A DNA stretch of 64,000 bases from an uncultured Chloroflexia bacterium (lineage in GTDB: Bacteria > Chloroflexota > Limnocylindria > Limnocylindrales > CSP1-4). Numbering within the stretch: position 1 is the first letter of the stretch; each line of letters starts with the position of its first letter. The stretch covers positions 1,517,607-1,581,606 of the forward strand of contig CAWJBJ010000004.1 of assembly GCA_963841135.1 (NCBI GenBank), written 5' to 3'. The notes below the pieces were generated by a model. That model searched no databases. It was given only the letters and a program-made list of their open reading frames with translations, and was not told where the DNA came from. Below, piece after piece: positions 58,145 through 64,000 of this stretch. The position numbers were made by a program, and so were the translations under genes.

Positions 58145-59230
58145 GTGAGCACCGAAGCCGCTGATCTGAAGACAGATCCGCAGCCAGCCAAGTCCTGGCG
58201 TCTCGATACCAGCAACGGCAGCATGGTCCCCCGATCCGCGCTCGATGTCCTCGTCGACCTCAACGAGAAGGTCGTCGGCGGTCAAGTGAGCGAATACCAG
58301 CCCGTCCCGCTCGGCTTCACGCCGATGGACAAGACGATCGGCGGCGGCCTCCGCGCCGGAGAGCTGCTCCTGATCGGCGGGGCGCAGGGCACCGGCAAGA
58401 CGACGATGGCCCTCCAGATGGCGCGCAACATCGCCTCGGGTGGTCAGGCGAACGTCCTCTACCTCTGCTTCGAGCACGACGAGCCGTATCTGCTGAATCG
58501 CCTCATCGCGATGGAATCGGCCCTCGCGCACCTGCCCCACAAGACGGGCGCGATCAAGATCGTCGACGTTCGCAAGGAGATCCTCGGGACCTGGATGGCC
58601 GAGGGCACCGGTGGCGCCCAGCTCGCGAACAACCCGCGGCTGCGCCCGTCACTCGACCGCATCGCGCGCTACGGGCAGAACCTGTTCCTGCTCCGCGGTT
58701 CGCAGACAGCCAGCACGATCGACAACATCCGGACGCTCGTCCAGCAGCATCGCAAGCTGTCGGGCGATCGGCGCCTCGTGGTCTTCGTCGACTACCTGCA
58801 GAAGGTGCCGCAGATCCCGGAGCCCGAGAACGAGACCGAGAAGGTCACCTACATCGTCAACGGGCTCAAGGACATCGCGCTCGCCGAGGACGTTCCCATG
58901 GTCGCCATCGTGGCGGCGGACAAGGAGGGCCTGAAGGCCTCCCGCCTGCGCAACTTCCATCTGCGCGGCAGCTCCGCCATCAACTACGAGGCGGACATCA
59001 TCGTCATCCTCAACGAGAAGTACCACATCGTCGCCAAGGTCAACATCGAGTTCAACCCGTACCAGGCGCAGCGCTTCCGCGACTGGGTCATCGTCTCGGT
59101 CGAGAAGAACCGTGGCGGTCAGGACAACGTGGACCTCGAGTACGAGAAGCACTTCGAGTTCTCCTGCTTCGACCCCAACGGTCGAACCGTCCAGGAGAAA
59201 CTCATCGAGGAGCGTCTCTACAACGACTAG
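58145..59230 (+). CDS. stand-alone DnaB-C-terminal / KaiC-RadA-like RecA-fold ATPase
   Basis: GFTPMDKTIGGGLRAGELLLIGGAQGTGKTTMALQMARNIA (Walker A), LVVFVDYLQKV (Walker B), VPMVAIVAADKEG, LRGSSAINYEADIIVILN. No DnaB N-terminal domain. Visibly lower GC than the neighbours. Confidence 0.75.
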   Translation: MSTEAADLKTDPQPAKSWRLDTSNGSMVPRSALDVLVDLNEKVVGGQVSEYQPVPLGFTPMDKTIGGGLRAGELLLIGGAQGTGKTTMALQMARNIASGGQANVLYLCFEHDEPYLLNRLIAMESALAHLPHKTGAIKIVDVRKEILGTWMAEGTGGAQLANNPRLRPSLDRIARYGQNLFLLRGSQTASTIDNIRTLVQQHRKLSGDRRLVVFVDYLQKVPQIPEPENETEKVTYIVNGLKDIALAEDVPMVAIVAADKEGLKASRLRNFHLRGSSAINYEADIIVILNEKYHIVAKVNIEFNPYQAQRFRDWVIVSVEKNRGGQDNVDLEYEKHFEFSCFDPNGRTVQEKLIEERLYND

Positions 59231-59405
59231 GCCGGCGGCTGATCCGACGCCATCGCCGCGTCGTCGCCTGCGCTCCTCGTTCACGAACCTTGGGGTGCGC
59301 TCACTCCGGTGCTCGGCTCCGCCTTGCGCCGACATCGGCTGAGCCGTCGGCGCGGGGCGCGACGCGTCGCGGTCCGCAGGTCTGGAGCCGCGGTATCGTG
59401 ACCGC

Positions 59406-59930
59406 ATGAAGAGCCCCGGACCGTTCCCGGAGATCGTCGAGATCGTTGTCGAGATCCCGCGCGGGTCGCGCAACAAGTACGAGTTCGACGAGGAGGCCGG
59501 CGTCTTCCGGCTCGATCGGGTGCTCTCGAGCGCGGTCTACTACAACTTCGACTATGGCTTCATCGAGGGCACGCGCGCCGGTGACGGCGATCACACCGAC
59601 GCCCTGCTGATCATCGACGAGCCCACGTTCACGGGCTGCCACGTCTGGGCGCGCCCGATCGGCGGCCTCGAGATGCGCGACGAGAAGGGCTTCGACTTCA
59701 AAGTCCTGTGCGTCGCGATCGGGGACGCGCACCAGCAGCACATCGAACGGCTCGAGCAGGTCCGGCCACACCGGCTGGTCGAGATCGAACACTTCTTCCA
59801 GACGTACAAGGCCCTTGAGGACAAGACCGTCGAGATGCTCGGATGGCGCGATCGCGAACGAGCGCTCGAGGTCCTGCGGGCCGACCGCATCGCCCTGGAG
59901 CAAGAGACCGACGCCTCCGTCGGACGATGA
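59406..59930 (+). CDS. ppa: inorganic pyrophosphatase (family I)
   Basis: 174 aa: VVEIPRGSRNKYEFD, YNFDYGFIEGT, GDGDHTDALLI. Confidence 0.95.
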   Translation: MKSPGPFPEIVEIVVEIPRGSRNKYEFDEEAGVFRLDRVLSSAVYYNFDYGFIEGTRAGDGDHTDALLIIDEPTFTGCHVWARPIGGLEMRDEKGFDFKVLCVAIGDAHQQHIERLEQVRPHRLVEIEHFFQTYKALEDKTVEMLGWRDRERALEVLRADRIALEQETDASVGR

Positions 59931-60544
59931 GCGGGCCACCGCGACGCTCATGGCCGGGGAAGGACGAGCCGGGCCGCCGCCTGTTCGTTGCGGCGCCCCT
60001 GCCCGCCGAGGCGGCCGAACAGGTCGCGGCGCTCGTCGAGCGCGTGCGAGCCCCCGGCGTCCCCGGAGGTGGGCGGGACGCACGGTGGGTGCGGATGGAC
60101 GGGCTGCACCTCACGCTCCGCTTCCTCGGTCCGACGCTCGAGGATCGCGTGCCGATCGCCCGTGACGCCCTCCGCAAGGCGAGTGTCGGCGCCGGTTTCG
60201 AGGTGGAGCTCGAAGGCGCCGGCGCCTTCCCATCGCCGAGCCGCCCTCGGACGCTCTGGATGGGCATCCGCGATGGAGCCGCCGAACTCGCGGCCCTCGC
60301 AGGACGCATCGATGAAGCGCTCGTCGAAGCGGGTTGGCCACCGTCCGATCGGGCCTTCCGACCCCATCTCACGCTGGCCAGATCGGACGGGATCTGGGCC
60401 GGTGCCGGGCTCGCCCAACGGCTGATCGTCGAGGCCTCCGATCTCCACCTGAGGTTCCGCGTCGACGAGGTCGGCCTGTTCGAAAGCCTGACCGGCGGCG
60501 GTCCCGCCAGGTACGAACCGATGGAGTTGGTGCGGCTCCACTGA
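59927..60544 (+). CDS. thpR: RNA 2',3'-cyclic phosphodiesterase (2H family, LigT/ThpR)
   Basis: ATGA overlap with ppa. Two HxTx motifs (HLTLRF and HLTLAR) at the usual spacing. Confidence 0.85.
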   Translation: MSGPPRRSWPGKDEPGRRLFVAAPLPAEAAEQVAALVERVRAPGVPGGGRDARWVRMDGLHLTLRFLGPTLEDRVPIARDALRKASVGAGFEVELEGAGAFPSPSRPRTLWMGIRDGAAELAALAGRIDEALVEAGWPPSDRAFRPHLTLARSDGIWAGAGLAQRLIVEASDLHLRFRVDEVGLFESLTGGGPARYEPMELVRLH

Positions 60545-60576
60545 CAGGCTTTTGCAACGCGGCGGACCGGGCCCGG

Positions 60577-60585
60577 TGCTACCAT
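60577..60585 (+). promoter_or_regulatory. candidate extended -10 element TGcTACCAT
   Basis: Read directly. About 55 nt upstream of GTG 60642. Confidence 0.3.
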
Positions 60586-60641
60586 CCGAGACAAGACGCC
60601 ATCCCCCCGCGGCGTCGCCCGCCGCCGGAGTCCGCATCGAC

Positions 60642-61781
60642 GTGACGGCCGCCCAACGCCTGCGCGCTGTCATCGCGCTCGGCATCATCAATGTGCTCCT
60701 CGTGTCGGTTGCGCTAGCCGTCAGCGTCGCCGATCTGACCGGACCGAACCGGTCCGGTGGGGTCCCGACTCCCGGCATCGCCGCCGGTTCCCCGAGCGCC
60801 CCTGGGCCCAGCCAGACGACGACCGCCAACGGACCGCAGCCGGGCCAAACAGGGTCTGCGAGCGGTCCGACCCCGAGCGAAACGACCACTGCGAGCGTGC
60901 CGACCGCGCCGCCATCGGCCAGCACAGGACCGGGGTCGTCGGCGCCCGTCTCCTCGGCGCCTGCGGCCTCGCCGAGCGGCTCCGAACCCTCCACCGCGCC
61001 GGGGGCCGTGTCCTCGAGTCGCCCGAGTGCGACCCCGACGGAAAGCCCGGGCGAGCCCGTCGTCTCGCGCCCGACCGCGACGCCGACACGGCAGCCCCAG
61101 AATCCGACCCCGCCGCCCACCGCGAAGCCGACCCCGCCACCCACGGCGAAGCCAACGCCGAAGCCGGCCGTGACGCCGAAGCCGACCCCCAAGCCGGTGG
61201 TGACCCCCAAGCCGGTGGTGACCCCCAAGCCGGTGGTGACCCCCAAGCCGGTGGTGACCCCCAAGCCAACCACCGCGCCAAACCCGACCCCGACGGCCAC
61301 GAACACGGCCCGTCCGACCCCGACCGATACCTCTCGACCGACCCCGACCCCCACTGACCACGCAACGCCTCACCCAACGGCAAAGCCCACGGCGAAGCCG
61401 ACCGTGAAGCCTGTCGTGAAGCCGACGCCGAAACCAACTTTCAAGCCGATCAAGTTCCCGACCGACCGCGACAAGTGCAAGGCCCATGACGGCCGTGGTC
61501 GACACCACAAGTGCGACAAGGACAAGCACCACGACCGCGAGAAGGACCATCGCGACCACGACGACCGCGATCGGCCGAAGGACCGCGACAAGGACAAGCA
61601 TCACGACCGCGACAAGGATCGGGACAAGGATCCCGACAAGGGTCGTGACAAGGACCATGGCAAAGACCACGACAAGCACGACCGGGACGGCGACAAGCAC
61701 CATGACAAGCATCGCGACCGGGACGGTGACAAGCACCACGAGAAGGGTCATGAGAAGCACGACGGCAGCGACCACGACTAG
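60642..61781 (+). CDS. membrane-anchored low-complexity protein: Ser/Pro/Thr linker, (T)PKPVV tandem repeats, His/Asp/Lys/Arg-rich C-terminal tail
   Basis: ORF 60552-61781. GTG 60642 is preferred ([30 protein letters not shown] signal-anchor). About 200 aa of S/P/T/A-rich sequence, then [51 protein letters not shown]. The last roughly 105 aa are almost only H, D, K, R, G ([39 protein letters not shown]...). Confidence 0.7.
   Translation: MTAAQRLRAVIALGIINVLLVSVALAVSVADLTGPNRSGGVPTPGIAAGSPSAPGPSQTTTANGPQPGQTGSASGPTPSETTTASVPTAPPSASTGPGSSAPVSSAPAASPSGSEPSTAPGAVSSSRPSATPTESPGEPVVSRPTATPTRQPQNPTPPPTAKPTPPPTAKPTPKPAVTPKPTPKPVVTPKPVVTPKPVVTPKPVVTPKPTTAPNPTPTATNTARPTPTDTSRPTPTPTDHATPHPTAKPTAKPTVKPVVKPTPKPTFKPIKFPTDRDKCKAHDGRGRHHKCDKDKHHDREKDHRDHDDRDRPKDRDKDKHHDRDKDRDKDPDKGRDKDHGKDHDKHDRDGDKHHDKHRDRDGDKHHEKGHEKHDGSDHD
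61188..61259 (+). repeat. four perfect tandem copies of the 18-nt unit cccaagccggtggtgacc (PKPVVT), flanked by degenerate copies
   Basis: Read directly: 61188-61205, 61206-61223, 61224-61241, 61242-61259. Confidence 0.95.
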
Positions 61782-61882
61782 GTCCCGTAAACGCGTATTG
61801 CGCCCGCCCGTTCGACAGCGCTAGGCTCGCGTCCCCGCGCGGCGCGATCGCATGGCATCGGGGATCACTGCAGGAGAGGTTG

Positions 61883-63253
61883 ATGGCGCCATCGGACCCA
61901 CGACAGACGAAGTTCGTCCTCGACGAATCGCGGATCCCTCGCGCCTGGTACAACATCGCGGCCGATCTGCCTGTCCCGCCCGCGCCGCCGCTGCACCCCG
62001 GCACGCATCAGCCGATCGGACCCGAGGACCTGGCGCCGCTGTTCCCGATGGCGCTGATCGGCCAGGAGGTCTCCTCCGAGCGCGAGATCGAGATCCCCGA
62101 GCCCGTCCGTGACGCCTACCGGCTCTATCGACCCAGCCCGCTGTACCGCGCGCACCGGCTAGAGAAGGCCCTCGATACCCCGGCGCACATCTACTACAAG
62201 TACGAGGGCGTCAGCCCCGCAGGAAGCCATAAGCCCAACACGGCACTCGCGCAGGCCTTCTTCAACAAGCAGGAAGGGGTCAAGCGCCTGGCGACCGAGA
62301 CCGGCGCGGGCCAATGGGGCAGTGCTCTGGCGTTCGCCGGCGCGATGTTCGGCCTCGAGGTCAAGGTCTACATGGTCCGCGCCAGCTACGACCAGAAGCC
62401 GTACCGCCGGATCCTCATGGAGACCTACGGCGCCGAGGTCGTCGCCAGCCCCTCCCTGACGACGAACTACGGTCGATCGGTCCTGTCAGAGACGCCGGAC
62501 AGCCCGGGCTCGCTCGGCATGGCGATCAGCGAGGCGGTCGAGGACGCGGCGACCCGCGACGACACGAAGTACGCCCTCGGCTCTGTCCTCAATCACGTCC
62601 TGCTGCACCAGACGGTCATCGGCCAGGAGGCGATCGAGCAGATGGCCATGGCCGGCGAGTCGCCCGACATCGTCATCGGGTGCACCGGAGGCGGCTCGAA
62701 CTTCGCGGGCCTCACCTTCCCGTTCCTCGGCCGGAACTTCCGGGAGGGTGCGACGCACAAGATCATCGCCGTCGAGCCCGAGGCTGCCCCGAGCCTGACC
62801 CGCGGGGTCTACGCGTACGACTTCGGCGACACCGGCAAGATGGCGCCGATCGTGAAGATGCACACGCTCGGCGCCGACTTCATCCCCGAGCCGATCCACG
62901 CCGGCGGCCTGCGCTACCACGGGATGGCGCCGCTCGTGAGCCTGCTCAAGGAGCACGACTTCATCGAGGCCAGGAGCGTCCACCAGCGCGCCAGCTTCGA
63001 GGCCGGCGTCGCGTTCGCCCGTGCGGAGGGCATCCTGCCCGCACCCGAGCCGACCCACGCGATCCGCGTCGCGATGGACGAGGCGCTCGCCGCCCGCGAG
63101 GCGGGGGAGGCGAAGGTCATCCTGTTCAACCTGTGCGGGCACGGCCACTTCGACCTGTCCGCGTACGAGCGCTATCTCGACGGCAGCCTCGAAGACTACG
63201 AGTACCCGCTCGAGAAGGTCGAGGCGGCCCTGGCCTCGCTCCCGGTGGTCTAG
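61883..63253 (+). CDS. trpB: TrpB2-type tryptophan synthase beta-like PLP enzyme
   Basis: AGGAGAGG precedes TTG-ATG; ATG 61883 is preferred. [42 protein letters not shown] (PLP lysine), [24 protein letters not shown]. Long-form (TrpB2) architecture. Confidence 0.9.
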   Translation: MAPSDPRQTKFVLDESRIPRAWYNIAADLPVPPAPPLHPGTHQPIGPEDLAPLFPMALIGQEVSSEREIEIPEPVRDAYRLYRPSPLYRAHRLEKALDTPAHIYYKYEGVSPAGSHKPNTALAQAFFNKQEGVKRLATETGAGQWGSALAFAGAMFGLEVKVYMVRASYDQKPYRRILMETYGAEVVASPSLTTNYGRSVLSETPDSPGSLGMAISEAVEDAATRDDTKYALGSVLNHVLLHQTVIGQEAIEQMAMAGESPDIVIGCTGGGSNFAGLTFPFLGRNFREGATHKIIAVEPEAAPSLTRGVYAYDFGDTGKMAPIVKMHTLGADFIPEPIHAGGLRYHGMAPLVSLLKEHDFIEARSVHQRASFEAGVAFARAEGILPAPEPTHAIRVAMDEALAAREAGEAKVILFNLCGHGHFDLSAYERYLDGSLEDYEYPLEKVEAALASLPVV

Positions 63254-63544
63254 GTGCCGAAGCTCGCCTGCCGCGCGTGCGGACGACAGATCTATACGAC
63301 GGTCCCGCTGGAGTCGCTCTTTGCGGAGGAGCGACGCTGCCCGCGGTGCGGGGCCTTGCTCAACAACGAACGTCGCGATACCGAGCGGCGCGTGACGAAC
63401 CGCCGGCAGAACCCGCCGGACGACCCGGGTCCGCCCGAGACCGATGCCGAGCGCCGAGCCGCCGATCGCCGGTCGGGCCGGCGACGCGGCGGAGGCCCGA
63501 GCGGCGGACCGAACTCCGGCAACGACCCTGGCTGGGTCGACTGA
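63254..63544 (+). CDS. small zinc-ribbon protein with an Arg-rich tail
   Basis: GTG immediately after the trpB2 stop. MPKLACRACGRQIYTTVPLESLFAEERRCPRCGALL, then a basic, disordered tail. Confidence 0.5.
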   Translation: MPKLACRACGRQIYTTVPLESLFAEERRCPRCGALLNNERRDTERRVTNRRQNPPDDPGPPETDAERRAADRRSGRRRGGGPSGGPNSGNDPGWVD

Positions 63545-64000
63545 TCCGGCCGGCGGCGCGACCGCTCGACCGGTCCGTGTCGCCTTTCTCGGCTTCGGGC
63601 TGATCGCCGGCTCGATCGCACGCGCGCTCCGCGAGGCCGACCCGGACGCCTGGGAGCTGGCCGCCTGGAGCCCCGCCGGCGGCGGTGCCGCGCGGGCGCT
63701 CGCCGACGGCGTGGTGGATCGGGTGGCCACGACCGGCCCGGGCGCCATCGAGGGCGCACGGATCGTGGTCCTCGGCGCACCGGCGTCCGCGTGCCTCGAC
63801 CTTCTCGATTCGCTCGCCGGACCATGGGCAACGGGGCTGGCCCCGGACGCGATCGTGACCGACGTCGCCAGCACGAAAGGGCAGCTCCTCGAGCGGGCCG
63901 ATAGCCACGGCCTCCGCTACGTCGGTGGTCATCCGATGGCGGGCCGCGACGCGACCGGGTACGGGGCCGCCACGGCCGACTTGTTCGCCGGACGGCCGTG
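63444..64000 (+). CDS. tyrA: prephenate dehydrogenase, 5' part; runs off the right window edge
   Basis: The open frame reads RVAFLGFGLIAGSIARALREA...IVVLGAPASACLDLL...IVTDVASTKGQLL...RYVGGHPMAGRD. The only canonical in-frame start is ATG 63444 (100-nt overlap with the zinc-ribbon ORF). The real start may be nearer 63560 and non-canonical. Confidence 0.8.
   Translation, partial: MPSAEPPIAGRAGDAAEARAADRTPATTLAGSTDPAGGATARPVRVAFLGFGLIAGSIARALREADPDAWELAAWSPAGGGAARALADGVVDRVATTGPGAIEGARIVVLGAPASACLDLLDSLAGPWATGLAPDAIVTDVASTKGQLLERADSHGLRYVGGHPMAGRDATGYGAATADLFAGRP

Noticed and set aside
54697-58263. 1188-aa ORF on the reverse strand, the longest in the window
   Set aside because: It is antisense to ftsH and the M20 dipeptidase, both of which have unambiguous motifs. 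Its translation is Arg/Gly/Asp/Pro-rich with no motifs. This is the typical high-GC shadow ORF.
58097-60641. ORF-track starts at GTG 58097 and TTG 60552
   Set aside because: GTG 58097 overlaps the promoter-like extended -10 word at 58098-58106, and a downstream in-frame GTG (58145) has a Shine-Dalgarno sequence. TTG 60552 lies upstream of the extended -10 word at 60577-60585 and adds a non-hydrophobic extension, whereas the downstream in-frame GTG (60642) gives a sensible N-terminal signal-anchor.

Overview
Very GC-rich bacterial chromosome segment (about 70% GC by eye; Actinobacteria- or Chloroflexi-like gene content and start-codon usage). All calls come from reading the sequence and the ORF-track translations; no searches were run.

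Content is mostly core and housekeeping:
- a sugar-use locus (solute-binding protein, LacI, GH13 glucosidase);
- a cell-envelope module, fhaA-fhaB-rodA-pbpA;
- a MoxR / DUF58 / transglutaminase operon;
- a serA plus class-V aminotransferase pair, murJ, rarA, and a UvrD-type helicase-nuclease;
- an arginase-family gene, murI and ychF;
- a MrfA/MrfB-like helicase-exonuclease pair and an NfeD-flotillin pair;
- a VanW-like gene, one tRNA(CAT), ftsH, ppa, thpR, trpB2 and the start of tyrA.

No rRNA, CRISPR array, transposase or integrase was seen.

Two general properties:
1. Many conserved genes are readable only by switching reading frame. These apparent frameshifts are strongly clustered at 1-3500 and 23600-32600.
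2. As expected at this GC content, there are many long spurious antisense ORFs rich in Arg, Pro and Gly.

Most interesting observations:
- a 39-nt copy of the 5' half of the tRNA lies 4.1 kb upstream of the intact tRNA, bracketing an integrase-less islet (DUF3024 - LuxR - flavin monooxygenase) with AT-richer borders;
- a membrane-anchored protein with perfect 18-bp tandem repeats and an extreme His/Asp/Lys tail;
- a double zinc-ribbon protein with acidic repeats, divergent from fhaA;
- an orphan DnaB-C-terminal/KaiC-like ATPase;
- recurrent extended -10 elements placed so that several genes would be leaderless.

I did not find a compact multi-gene cassette that I could defend as a clearly new system.
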